A DNA stretch of 64,000 nt from Eukaryota sp. GEM-RC1 (taxonomy: Eukaryota). The position numbers and the translations under genes are program-made. The notes under the pieces were generated by a model. The model did no database searches. It had not been told where the DNA came from and was given only the letters and a program-made list of their open reading frames with translations. Of this stretch, positions 1-11,700 are shown in pieces. The stretch is taken from NCBI GenBank assembly GCA_040285855.1, contig JAUFOQ010000013.1, forward strand, positions 1,054,001 through 1,118,000, read 5' to 3'. Each line of letters opens with the position of its first letter. The first letter of the stretch is position 1.

Positions 1-39
1 GCAGTACACTACTTGGGATCTGCTTAAAAAATGATATTA

Positions 40-226
40 CTGTTTTTTATATTGTGTCCGTATTTGGGTTTGATTAATAAAATCTGCATTGACGCAAAAC
101 GATTTTCAGAACTGTCAACATTACATAGCAATATAATGTCCAATCCAATAATGCAATCTTCGTTTAGGCTGTAGTCTAATGCAATTACAATGTATTTCAC
201 AGTATTGATCATAAACCCCGTTTTTT
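40..226 (+). mobile_element. Possible 3' remnant of an RLE-type non-LTR retrotransposon
   Basis: Ends in GATCATAAACCCCGTTTTTT (207-226), identical to 49021-49040 and similar to CATAAATCCGTTTTTTTT ending the RLE fragment at ~25366-25383. Weak FYIVSVFG motif upstream. Confidence 0.3.
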
Positions 227-286
227 GATAAAATGAATAAACTAATTTAAAGTTCTAGCATAAAACGCAATATGCAGGTGAATAAG

Positions 287-553
287 TTACATTGAACGAC
301 TACTGTTCTTTAACTTCTCAAAAAAGGCCTTTGCACTACCCTGCTTCAGTTCTTTAGGTTCCTTGGAAACAACTTTTCGACGAGCGGTCCTTTCCTCTGC
401 AGACACTGGTTCCTTAATCACAGTAACTCTTTCAACAGGCTCACAATCAATGATTTCACGGGCGATTGGTTCAATAAACACCTTTTCCTTCTGCTTCCAA
501 TGGACCCATGGCATGTTCTTCGTAGTGGTAGTGGATTGTAGGTTCCTGTTCAT
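287..553 (-). CDS. Short hypothetical charged protein
   Basis: 88-aa ATG ORF sharing an ERxxxIxEPVSxEExTAxR motif with the divergent ORF at 651-947. Confidence 0.25.
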   Translation of the reverse strand: MNRNLQSTTTTKNMPWVHWKQKEKVFIEPIAREIIDCEPVERVTVIKEPVSAEERTARRKVVSKEPKELKQGSAKAFFEKLKNSSRSM

Positions 554-650
554 ATTCTTGTTTGTCAGTGTTCTCGGACATTAGTGGAGGAGGGTTAGTA
601 AAAGAAGATCTCTTGAGATTGAAAAGCTAACTTCGCACATTTCAACATTG

Positions 651-947
651 ATGGATAAATACTGTGTTAAAGAGATAAGAGAATGGAAGGATGAGCCTGA
701 TGAAGAGGAAATCTCAGAGTTTCGAAGGCGACAACCAGAATCATCTCAGAAAACTGAAGAAGTTGAGACTGGAGTTTGTACCGAGACAGAAAGAATCATC
801 TATGAACCAGTAATGAAGGAGCGAAAGATTAGTCAACAAATGGAACGATCGGTCTGTATACGAGAGCCAGTTAGTGAAGAAGAGGTGACTGCTGGAAGAG
901 AAGAATTGCAACTGGAAGAACAGGACGTAGACACAGAGTCTTCATGA
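651..947 (+). CDS. Short hypothetical acidic protein
   Basis: Glu-rich ORF. ERSVCIREPVSEEEVTAGR resembles ERVTVIKEPVSAEERTARR in the 287-553 ORF. Confidence 0.25.
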   Translation: MDKYCVKEIREWKDEPDEEEISEFRRRQPESSQKTEEVETGVCTETERIIYEPVMKERKISQQMERSVCIREPVSEEEVTAGREELQLEEQDVDTESS

Positions 948-1463
948 CACAGATAAAGTTCATGTCAAAAAAGTGTTATAGATACAGCAAATCTCAAGAA
1001 GGAATCTTACATGAAACATATGAGAAGAACACTAAATGGTGTTGTATAGAGGATGATATTGCTGGATTCTGAAAAATCAAATCCGATTGGGCAATTGCTC
1101 CATTCGTCAACTAAGAGTTTTTGTTGACAGTATTTCCTTCTTTGTATGAATGTATCATTCAGTTATCGTATTATTAGAACAATTGGAACACTGAGAGCTC
1201 GAACAAATTCAACATGACAGGTCTTTAAACGGGAAACTTCATTCACTGGAGTTAAGTAGATTACCCCCAATGTGTAAGTTCAGAGTAGAAACGAACAATT
1301 ATGACACATCGGTCGTCATAACGTCATGAGTCTGTCTTGACAAAATTGAATGACCCATCAAATTGTATTGGATCGTTTTTTGCATTCATTTGAGTTTAGG
1401 CAGTAAGCTCTCATGATTAAGTTTTGAATTGATTCTAGAATAATTTAAGGACACTAATTTCCT

Positions 1464-1685
1464 ATGTCTTCCAAATCCAAGAAAAAGCAAGATACGTTGG
1501 ATCTATGTGTTCTTCCTGTCGCCACACTGCGGCGATATCAACAATTCTTTGCTCTCAAATCAAATGTAGGTCGTCGAGAACTTGGTACGATGGTTACACG
1601 ACATTTCAACGCCTTCCCAGTGGAAGAAGGCTCAGCTGTACGGAATTTCATAGAGTATGTTCGTGAACAGGCAGACGAAGATTAG
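1464..1685 (+). CDS. SAP30: SAP30-like Sin3-binding domain protein (HDAC complex subunit)
   Basis: DLCVLPVATLRRYQQFFALK...ELGTMVTRHFNAFPVEEGSAVRNFIEYVR matches the SAP30 Sin3-binding pattern (L..LxRY..F.L....L...V.RHF....E..V..F). Confidence 0.7.
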   Translation: MSSKSKKKQDTLDLCVLPVATLRRYQQFFALKSNVGRRELGTMVTRHFNAFPVEEGSAVRNFIEYVREQADED

Positions 1686-1826
1686 TTGCTTTCCACTGTA
1701 CCGTCTGTATCCTTCTTCGAACAACTGTGTTTTGTTATACTTCAACCTACAATTATTTTTGCGTATGTAGATCGTCAATGTGTTCAATCTCTCCTGGTCT
1801 TTCTTATAAACCAGATATCTCTTCAA

Positions 1827-4808
1827 ATGAACCCTCTCCCAAATATCCACCTTGACACAGACCTATCACATCACATCTGTTTTTCTAGAAAGTTCAATCT
1901 GTTGTGTACATGTTCGTCATCTGGAAATCTCATCACTCATAAAATATCTCCTACTTCTACTCGTTTACACTGTTCTTTTCCTGTATATCTTCCCAAGAAT
2001 GCATTGGTCGTAGATATCAGCTCTACCATCGATTCATTTGTTATCCTCTCATCTAAAAGTCTCCATGTCTATTCATTTGGTCTGTTTCCTCAATCTGAAT
2101 TACGTTTCAGTTCCATCCCACACCTCAAACAACTAGGCCAAGCCAAATCTCTCTCCTCATCCCATCACTTCCACTCCGTTCTATTCTCTCGTGGAGTTGG
2201 TCTGTTCCGAGATGCCACCTCGATATCACTTCTCCAAGACTCCTCCATATCAGCAACGCTTCTTCAAGACAACACTCTATTTCTAGGTAAGTCTAATGGA
2301 ACTCTGATGCTTTGGGATACTATCACGTGGACACGGCAATCTTCTTATCAAGTTTCCACGTTTCCTATTCTAGCTTTATCTTCACTTTCTTATACTCTTG
2401 CAGTGGTTGTTGACCACTCACGTGATCCAACTGAACCAAATATTTTAATTTTTGATTCCAGGAATCTTTCCAAATCTTTGGCTGAGTTCTCGTATCCGTA
2501 TGCAGAAGGTGTGTGTATTTCTAATAATTCAATTTTTGTAGTTAGATCTGATTGTTCATATTCTACTATTAATCTGCAGGACAAATGCATTTCAGAACCA
2601 ATGACGTCACCGTATCTATCAAAAAAGATTGATTGGAGGCAACGAGTCACTGATTTTGATTTATATAGTGGTAATTTTGGTATTGTGGACAATAGTGGCA
2701 TTGTTCAATTGTTCTCTAATTTCGACGAGTGTCTGCCAGAGTTTCCCACAGTTATTAACCCTCTGAAACAGGAAGGTCAACTCCATCTTGATTACGTTTT
2801 TGACTGTGATCCTATAGCCACGTCAGCACCTTCCCATTGGCCCGATGATGTATTTTCACCTGGCCCTCCTATTGTGTCTGTTGAGCTACCAAGACTTCAG
2901 GGTCAGATTGCTGATGTGATCAGTCGGTCGAAAAACAATCGTATTATTTTTGATTCCTTTGATAACGTCGTTGGCAAGATCGATTTGAAAGGATTCAATC
3001 TTGCTGGAAAGTCAGTTCTTAAATTCTTACAAACTCATCCGGCTCCAACTGCCTCTTCCGACAGTAATAAAATCCCACCAAAGTTCCGACAACATTTCAA
3101 AAGTTTCGAACATTTAGAATTCAACTGGAGTGCGTTCAATTCTACTGCAATTTCTTCATTAGAGACTGACCAACCTCTTTCTGAAGCCCTTTTGTTAGTA
3201 TATCTCTTCTATTTCAATGACAAAATTCGATTACGCCTTGATCAACATCACTGTGAGAGCTCCAACTGTATTGCTTGTGAGTTGTCGTTTGTTTTTGAAA
3301 GTATTGATCGTAATTCTAAGTGTTTTGCTAGTAGTGTTGCTTCTTGTTTTTCACATTATAGGGGCAATATCACGTGTTGTCGTAATTTTTTGAATTGTGT
3401 TGTTAATTTGAATTTTCCAGTGTTGTCTGATCTTTTTTTGAATGAAACTCCCATTGGAAGTATTTTGAGTTTTATTGTGTGTTTTCTTCTTGACCAGGAT
3501 CAGATTACTGATTGCTATGAGCTCTTCTCAGCTGATTTTACTTTGATTTTGAACCAAATGTCAGTACCACTTAATTGGTTTGTCTCTCATTTTGAACAAC
3601 AGTTTCTTAAGTTAGGACAATCTTTTCTAAACGGAAAAAAGTCATTTTTGATTGATTTTAGTTCGTGCAAGTGGAGAGTGCATTCAATGAAAGTTCAAAT
3701 CCCTTTGTTTTTAAATTTTGATAAGTTTGGAAGACTTTCGGCTGCTGAAACACATTTGTCAAACGACATCCAGTTACGAGCAGCAATCTTTAGTATAAAT
3801 TCTGAAAACATTGTTGGATATTTTAAAATCTCTTCCAGGTTTTCAAATTTTGATCACGAAAATGATTGGTTGTTTGTTAATGAATATCGCATTAATACTG
3901 TGAATTCTGAAGAAGTCGTCAAAGTTCTTTCATGGAAACTACCGGTCTTTTTAGTTTATTCCTGTAGTTCAACGACATTTGTCCAATCTGCCCCCTTAAT
4001 CAAAGATTCGTGTTATGTTGACGTTTTTGAACGTTTTTCTGATCCCCTATCTTACTCTCTCAATACACTTCCCCACCAAGTATCTCAAGTCGTTAGCTTT
4101 GATTTTCCCAGACTATTTCCTATCGGAGTTAGACAGTATCCTCTGATTGCAATTGATTGTGAGTATGTCGAATTATTTCAAAATTTTCACAGTTCATTCC
4201 GTCCCAAATTAGGTGTTGGGCGTGTCAGTGTCGTTCATGTCGTTGATGACGAACACTTTCCTACTTTGATTGATGATTGGACCCTCGTTAATGAACCAGT
4301 TAAAGATTACGTCACTCGATATTCTGGATTGACTGCTGAATTACTCAGTCCGAATCTGACTACAACATATCTGACGGATTTTAAAAATACATTTATCAAA
4401 CTCAAATATTTTATTGATTGTGGTTTTACCTTTGTTGGCCATGGAATTAAGAAAGATTTTCACATTTTAAATATTGACGTTCCCGTTTCCCAAATTTTTG
4501 ATACAGTTGAACTATACCGTCTTGAAGGAAAACGTTCTTTGTCACTAAAGTTTTTGGCAATGTGCCTCTTAGGTGAAAAGATTCAAGTTTCAACTCACGA
4601 TTCGATAATTGATGCTGTTATTTCTGCCAAGTTGTTCAAAAAATTCCAATTATTGAAAGCAAATAATGAATTGGATAGTGTGTTAAGGTGGCTGTATGAA
4701 ATTGGTGAAATAATTCAGTGGGGTAGACAGGGTTTTTCAAGAGACTCTGTTCAAAAGTATGTTGAGCGAGGATTCTTTCCTCATCTTTTGAATAAATATA
4801 GCATTTAG
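1827..4808 (+). CDS. PAN2: PAN2 deadenylase catalytic subunit (WD40 + inactive UCH + DEDD exonuclease)
   Basis: N-terminal WD-like region; FNWSAFNST...LET and HCESSNCIACELSFVF (UCH-like); C-terminal IAIDCEYV, GRVSVV, EPVKDYVTRYSGLT, FVGHGIKKDF, THDSIIDA. First in-frame ATG at 1827. Confidence 0.9.
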   Translation: MNPLPNIHLDTDLSHHICFSRKFNLLCTCSSSGNLITHKISPTSTRLHCSFPVYLPKNALVVDISSTIDSFVILSSKSLHVYSFGLFPQSELRFSSIPHLKQLGQAKSLSSSHHFHSVLFSRGVGLFRDATSISLLQDSSISATLLQDNTLFLGKSNGTLMLWDTITWTRQSSYQVSTFPILALSSLSYTLAVVVDHSRDPTEPNILIFDSRNLSKSLAEFSYPYAEGVCISNNSIFVVRSDCSYSTINLQDKCISEPMTSPYLSKKIDWRQRVTDFDLYSGNFGIVDNSGIVQLFSNFDECLPEFPTVINPLKQEGQLHLDYVFDCDPIATSAPSHWPDDVFSPGPPIVSVELPRLQGQIADVISRSKNNRIIFDSFDNVVGKIDLKGFNLAGKSVLKFLQTHPAPTASSDSNKIPPKFRQHFKSFEHLEFNWSAFNSTAISSLETDQPLSEALLLVYLFYFNDKIRLRLDQHHCESSNCIACELSFVFESIDRNSKCFASSVASCFSHYRGNITCCRNFLNCVVNLNFPVLSDLFLNETPIGSILSFIVCFLLDQDQITDCYELFSADFTLILNQMSVPLNWFVSHFEQQFLKLGQSFLNGKKSFLIDFSSCKWRVHSMKVQIPLFLNFDKFGRLSAAETHLSNDIQLRAAIFSINSENIVGYFKISSRFSNFDHENDWLFVNEYRINTVNSEEVVKVLSWKLPVFLVYSCSSTTFVQSAPLIKDSCYVDVFERFSDPLSYSLNTLPHQVSQVVSFDFPRLFPIGVRQYPLIAIDCEYVELFQNFHSSFRPKLGVGRVSVVHVVDDEHFPTLIDDWTLVNEPVKDYVTRYSGLTAELLSPNLTTTYLTDFKNTFIKLKYFIDCGFTFVGHGIKKDFHILNIDVPVSQIFDTVELYRLEGKRSLSLKFLAMCLLGEKIQVSTHDSIIDAVISAKLFKKFQLLKANNELDSVLRWLYEIGEIIQWGRQGFSRDSVQKYVERGFFPHLLNKYSI

Positions 4809-5195
4809 TGTAAATTTATTTGTTGTATATTCTAAGCTAGTGTCTTCTAAAACTATAGCTTCCTATTGAATTGTACTGGACTAATACTTAATCGGTTTTG
4901 ATTAATTTTAAACATTGTTTACAATCACACTTTTCTTGATAAATGAGAGTCGATATCTCCAGTATCTACATTAATATAGAGTTTTGTGGCATTTGAAGTA
5001 TGTTCGTGCTGCTTTCCAAAACAAACTGCAAAATGGAAACTCATCAACAAAAAGTGAGCGCTGGTAGCATGGAAGTAAGCGTGAATAATTAGTGTGCAAC
5101 ATTCGATTCAAATAAAATCTGAGAAGTATTGTACGTGTATCACCAACCATCCGATATACAAAATAGTTTCGATTCAGGCGAGTTTAATCTGTTCA

Positions 5196-7218
5196 ATGGG
5201 AGAGGGCATTGCGGACATCTTTCAAACAAAATTGTATGATAGGGTAGACATTGGTGACGAAGAGAAACTAAAACCGTTTCATTTTCCGGCAATGCAAAAC
5301 CTTGCTAATTGGGTTGCAAATGCTTCCTCAAGGCCTTTGTTAGCCACCTACCAATCAGTTGTTCATAATTACACTTCTTCTGAACCTCTTGACGACAGTG
5401 AGTTGTTCTCACTTCTTTCCGTGTTCCGTGACTCTCCAAGTGATTCAGGTTCTGTTGAATTCGATGTTCATGACCTAGATCTCTCGGATCTTCATGCTTA
5501 TCCAACCGTGGCTGTCTCGTTCTGCTCCCATCCAGAACTTCACCCACCTCATAACGAAGTCTCTCTTCAGAAAAGATCATCATCATCATCTACTTCCTCT
5601 GTTTCTTCAATTGGTCTAAAACCACCAGCCAAGCTAACAAGACCTTCTTTCAATTACTCACATGATGACGTTGATGACTCCAATAGTCCTTCAGCTGATC
5701 AAACTGTGACATTTCAACCTCCTTCTGCTTCTGAAAACTCAATTATCCCAGATGCATACGACTCCTTTCTATCTGATGCCAAGACTATCAAGAAAAAGAA
5801 ACCCCAACGATCTTCATATGCCAGATCTCTACGTAATTATGGTCTTAATCTTGGAAGAAGTTCTATCAATTCAGAAGATTGTTCTGAAGGTGAAGAGAAA
5901 GTAGAAGAAACTCCTGTTCTATTACCTCCACCTCGACGTCCACTTCTTTCGAAATTCAAGTCACCCTTGATTAAACCTGGTAACCCTAATAATTTAAATA
6001 TTAGAAAGAAATCGGATGTTTTAAACCAATCAGAAACTCCTCATGAACAGCAAGTAATTCCACCATCAAACTCGTCAAGACCAAGGATACTCCCAGCAGT
6101 TAATGCTGCTTTACCAGGGTTGTCCACACCCAAGATTCATAATAAAATGAAGAATTCTCCGAATCAAATTCAATCTGAAGTGAGTTCTGACCCTCATGAA
6201 TCAAGATCAACCAAGTTAGTCAACAAGAATCCAGGCGACGGCGACGTTGATTCTGAAACAGAAAAGATGCGCAATGCCCTCGATGGTGCTATTATAAGAG
6301 AGAAACCAAATGTTTCCTGGGAAGAAGTTGCGGGTCTAGAACAAGCCAAACAAGCTTTACGTGAAGCTGTCATCTTTCCCATGCGTTTCCCCCATCTCTT
6401 CGTCGGCAAAAGATCTCCTTGGAAAGGGATCTTGCTGTACGGTCCCCCAGGTACTGGTAAATCGCACTTGGCGAAGGCGGTTGCCACTGAAGTAGATTCC
6501 ACTTTCTTCTCTGTCTCTTCAAGTGACTTGTTGTCCAAGTGGCAGGGGGGAATCTGAAAAGCTTGTGCGTGAGTTGTTTAAATTGGCCAGAGAGAACAAA
6601 CCTTCTATAGTATTTATTGATGAAATAGATTCTCTTTGTAGTGCTCGAAATGACAAGGAGTCTGAAGATACTCGTAGAATCAAAACAGAGATTCTTGTTC
6701 AAATGCAGGGAGTTGGAAACGTGACTGATGGCGTACTCATTCTGGGTGCGACTAATATTCCATGGAATTTAGACTCTGCTGTGCGAAGACGGTTTGAAAA
6801 GAGAATTTATATACCATTACCTGAAGTTCATGCAAGAGCTGCAATGTTTAAGATTCATATAGGCAAAACACCACATACATTAATAGATGATGATTTTCAA
6901 GAACTCGGCGCTTTAACAGATGGATTTTCTGGCTCCGATGTTAATGTTCTAGTTCGGGATGCTCTTTATGAACCTGTCAGAGCATTACAGTCTTCAGAAT
7001 TTTTTAAAATGTATGGTGATGTTTATATTCCATGTTCGTCTACTGATAATGGAGCAATGAAAATGTCCTTAATGGACATTGATCCGTCGAAAGTCGGTGT
7101 TCCTCCCTTAACTCGAAAACACTTCAATGACTGTTTAAATAGGGTTAAACCGTCAGTTTCAGAACAAGACATTGAAATGCACATTGAATTTACTAATAAC
7201 TTTGGATTGCAAGACTGA
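5196..7218 (+). CDS. VPS4: Vps4 AAA+ ATPase (one apparent extra G at 6545-6550)
   Basis: [77 protein letters not shown] and a Vps4_C tail. Removing one G from the G6 run joins the two ORFs. Confidence 0.9.
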
Positions 7219-7429
7219 TAACTTGTCAGAATTGACCCATGACCGCCATAACGGCCATGCGTCCGGCCATATACCACCGGCACTGGAAACTTTGGCTATA
7301 GTACAAGACGGGGAGTTTATTTAGCTGATAGTCGAACAACTGAAATTGTTTCTTGATTGATTGCCGACGGGGGCCGTGACATCCTCTTATGCTGAGAGAT
7401 TCTGTTTCTAGTATGTTTATCTGACTTCT

Positions 7430-7996
7430 TTATCCTTCTTTTGGAAAATCTTTATGTGAGACTTTTGGAGATTGAAATGGATGAACTTGTGTCACTGAAT
7501 CCGTTTCATCATCATAAATGTATTCATCTAAATGGCGAATTCTCTGTGTTAGAAATGACTTTGTTTTTGGTATGGAGGAGGTTGGTCTTTTCGGTTTTCT
7601 AGATGCAGATGAATGTCTATTTCGTATTATAGGAGCATCGACATTAGAATAAAGCTGGCTTAATTCCACACACGACTGCTTAACCGAAAGTGGTGTAGGA
7701 ACAGAGGAAACATTAAGATGGACATGAGGTTCAATTTGTGGCTTGTCATATATGTCCCTGTGTGTCATAGTAGCGCTGGGAGGAGCAGTTGAGCGAAAGA
7801 TTGACTTGTTGAAGGAGAAGCAATTAGTGTTAGAGTGAGTGAAAGTGTATCTCGGAAGAGTTGATGCTGATTGGGGTATTTTGGTTCGGCAAACAGAACG
7901 AAGTAATCGTGGGTAGTCATCTAAGAAGCCATTAGGAGAAAAACAGCGATTAGCATTACACAAACTAGAAGGTGCTGATATAGGACGTTGTGTCAT
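7430..7996 (-). CDS. Hypothetical Ser/Pro-rich protein
   Basis: ~188-aa ATG ORF filling the gap between VPS4 and the tRNA; no recognisable domain. Confidence 0.4.
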   Translation of the reverse strand: MTQRPISAPSSLCNANRCFSPNGFLDDYPRLLRSVCRTKIPQSASTLPRYTFTHSNTNCFSFNKSIFRSTAPPSATMTHRDIYDKPQIEPHVHLNVSSVPTPLSVKQSCVELSQLYSNVDAPIIRNRHSSASRKPKRPTSSIPKTKSFLTQRIRHLDEYIYDDETDSVTQVHPFQSPKVSHKDFPKEG

Positions 7997-8121
7997 GTGA
8001 CAGTTCTTGTGCAACTAGACCTAGAAGTATTAATAGTTTGTGTACAAAAAATTTCGAGGGAACTTTACTTTACACCTCTGATAACAGCAAAAAACCCAGA
8101 CATTGTTGAAAAAGACATTGT

Positions 8122-8193
8122 GGAGTCGTAGCTCAGTGGTAGAGCAGCTGATTGCAGATCAGCCGGTCCTGTGTTCGAATCACGGCGACTCCT
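8122..8193 (+). tRNA. trnC-GCA: tRNA-Cys (GCA)
   Basis: Acceptor stem GGAGTCG/CGACTCC, D-arm GCTC-AGTGGTA-GAGC, anticodon arm GCTGA-TTGCAGA-TCAGC, T-arm CTGTG-TTCGAAT-CACGG, T discriminator, then a T run (Pol III terminator-like). Confidence 0.95.
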
Positions 8194-8776
8194 TTTAACA
8201 ATCTTTCTTTTGCTGTACTGGTATTTCATACTTCACCCGGGTCTATTGTCTAAACGCCAAAAGATCTGTACATACACTGTATATAAGAGTATTTTGTTTG
8301 ATGTAGTTTTCTCTGATTTCAACATCATGTACAAAATTTGATTTATAAGTAAGATTTATTAGTAATTGCTTCAATTTATGCCAACGACTGTGACATTGCC
8401 AGTGACAGTGGTTACCATAATCAGTGTAGCTCTTTTTCCCAAATGTCTACGACAACTTTCTGAAAACCGTGAAAAGCAAGTAAGGGAATTATTATGCCCG
8501 TTACATGTCCGCAATTGCCTAAAGGAGCCTGATATGCTTGTTTACAGGGGGACATTTCAGATGGTGACAGTTGTTTCTACAATAGAACCATTCAGAGAAA
8601 GACACGTTCTTTATTCTCCCAGAGACAAACTAGAACATCAACAGGAAGAGACATGTACAGTTGTTATACAAAGAAAAAGGAGGAAGGGGGAATGACCAAA
8701 TGACCATGACGTGCGTTACCAATTTTCGTCACGTTCCCAGTGCTTGGTATACATCTGTGTTGATCCCGATCGATAA

Positions 8777-11700
8777 ATGAGTAACCTTTCCCATTCGACC
8801 TCAGGGTTTGGTGCTTCAAATAATATTACGCGACGTCAACATTGGATTAAGAGTGCCTTTTCTGGAGTATCACTTTTACACCAGACTGTCAAGACTCATT
8901 TTAATTTCTGGTCTTATGTGTTGCTCCTTGTCCAAACTATCCAAGTCCTGGGTTTTGTTCTCCGAGAAACTAGTTTCCACCCCATATTTGATCTCCAACC
9001 TGTCCTGAAGTTCTTAAGTCTTCCCATTTATAGTTCTTGGATCTATGCTTTCCGGCCTGCAATACTAATTCCATTGTTTGCTTTTCTATTGCTATTGACC
9101 TGTATTTTTGTCGTTGTTGTTATCTGGAACTCCTCTAATTCTCACATAAACACTGCACTCACAATCTCTCTCCGTGTTGTTCTTGAAGTGGTCATCACCA
9201 TTCTCTACATTCCAATCATGTCCTTCTTCCTCTCCTTCATTCCGTGTGGACGCTCTTTTGATCCCACTGGCATCACTTTCACAGAAGGAGTCTCTACTAA
9301 CTGCTTCTCCTCTATGTCTCTCTTCTACCGATCAGTTGGACTACTGGGCGCTGTGATGTTGTTCTGTCTTGCTCTTGCTTGGATCGTCTTCTATGATGAC
9401 TCACCACTTTCTAAGAGAAGTTTTGCTCGATCTCATAACCGGTTCTACTTTTGGTATTTGATATCTTTTACTTGTCTTTTGGTGATATTCTTCATTTTTC
9501 ATTCTAGATTCTGGCTATTTAGAGTTTCCTATTTGTTGGTCCCCCTCTTTCTCTCTTACAAACTCTACTCTTACTTACCTTTCTACAAAAGAGCGGCAAA
9601 CTCTCTACAAATGTCGTTGTTGGGTATTTGGATTGGCACTGCTATTGGATTTATGATCAACTCTTTAATTAATAATCCTTCTAATGAAAAGGTATTTAAT
9701 TTGTTATTATATTTTCCTTTATTTGTTATTTTTGGCGGGGTTTGGTATGTTATCATGAAGAGACGAATTTTTAAAATCTATACCACTGTATATTCCATTA
9801 ATGAAGAATTAATTGAAAAAGGTTTAATTGTTGATGGTGCTCCGGGCGATGAACTTGATGGTTATGATTTCTCTCCACATTTTTCAAAAATTCCTCAAAG
9901 TTTTTACTATTTTGACCTACTGTCACGTGCTTTCCAACCAAAACCTTTGAAAAGTGAGCTCATTCTAACAGTTAAATCACTTTATTCTTTTGGAGAACGA
10001 TTGTTTTCTGAAGATGTAATGTTTCTATGTTTAAAGTTTTTGTTTGAAATTAACCTGGTTCGAGATCCAATTGCTGCTACAGTTACTCTTAGTACTATTA
10101 AAACACTTGACGCTGACTTCAAACCAGACGAATCTCTTATGATTTCTCGAGGAATTCAGCAACTTGAAGCCCTCAGAAGACAACAATCAACTGGTCATGA
10201 CGTCGACACTTCCTCTTTCCTCCATTTTCAACGGCAACAACGTCACTTGGCTGACCTTCATCGTGATTGTCTTGATGGATTATACGCTTTTGGACTGTAC
10301 TTACCAAGCCTAAAGTTGACCTATCATTGCTACCTTCAATTCTTGCAAAAGTTCACAAGAGTAAAAATTCTATTGCTTTAAATTTCACTAAATTACTTCA
10401 TCAACATGGAGATCAACAATCACTACTTGTTTCTTATGCTTCTTTTGTTAGAGAAGTTGAATGTGATGAAGAACGTGCTGCTGTACTAGAAGAACAAGCT
10501 CAGTTGCTTTCCGCTAGTGACAAGAGTTCAAGTCAAGGAGCAAGTTCTTATTGTGGGTCAGTATCATTATCTAGACCTGGAAAGAAAGAAAAAAAGAAGA
10601 AGTTTGAAGTTTAATGTTGATTCAATGACTACAGCAACTGCTCAAGATTCTCAAAAAGTGCTATTTCTGTCCTCAGATTTTCAGTTATTGTTGCTTTAAT
10701 AATTATGGTCATCATTGCTGCCGCTTCTTATTTTCTTTCTGCTCATGTTTTGTCTTCTGCTTCTGATAGAATTGATCAATTGTACGAACTTACACATGTT
10801 CAATCAGTTTCTGAGTTACTTGGATTGACTGCAGGCCGTGTTTTTTTAAATTTAAATGAACAAAACACTCATAATTTTGCCAATATTTTAATGACAGAAT
10901 CTGAGCATTTAGCTTTTCATTTGAGAAGACTAACTTTATTAGACCCTTTTGATGACGATTACAACGTGCTTCCTTGTCCAAGAACAAACGGCAGATCAAT
11001 TGAACCTCCTTCTAGTGAATTACAAACAGAAATGAGAACTTTACGATTTCCTTTAGTTTTTGTTTATAACTTTATTCCTCCTGTGGAAGAAGCTAGAGTT
11101 CTTTCTGCTTGGACAATGGGTCTTGCACAAGCTTTAGCCAGTAGTAGTGCTGGGAAGTCTCTTGACTCTGGAAATAATTTAAATTTTCAAAATTTGGCCA
11201 GTATTAGAGGAAGTTTGAATGGGTTTTCTAATGCAATTGATTTTATTTATAATTGGTTAGTATCTGGTTCTGATGAGTTTTTCAGCTTTTCCTATTTTAT
11301 TCAAGTTCTTATGAATGTTTTAATTTTACTTGTAACTTTAATTATTGGATATGTTCTATTTGCCAGATCATTTTCTAAAATTATCGACGAACGTACAGCC
11401 ATTTTAAATTTGTTCTTGTATATTCCTCAAAAAGAAATTCAAAAATTGTTACAGGATTCAAAGTTTAATTATATGAGAAAAAAGAAGAAAGTCCAATCCA
11501 AATCAAATCTTTCAATGACTGCAGTATCTGATGACGATTCTGATACCGAAGAGTTGAGATCTAATTCTGTTGAAGTGGAAAAGGATGTTCTATTTGACTT
11601 ACAGGAGTCTGATACATCTGAAAACAAAATCGAAAAACATGTACCACTTTCAATTTTTGTTAATTTTTCAATTATTTGTTTAACTATTCTTGGTCTAATT

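Noticed and set aside
7237..7285. GC-rich GGCCAT repeats after VPS4 as an ncRNA
   Set aside because: It ends in CACTG with ATGGC-type repeats like the MITE at 24229, so it is more likely a solo transposon end; no partner found.
8366..8695. 109-aa ORF between the tRNA and the TmcB-like gene
   Set aside because: No recognisable motif; cannot be supported as coding.
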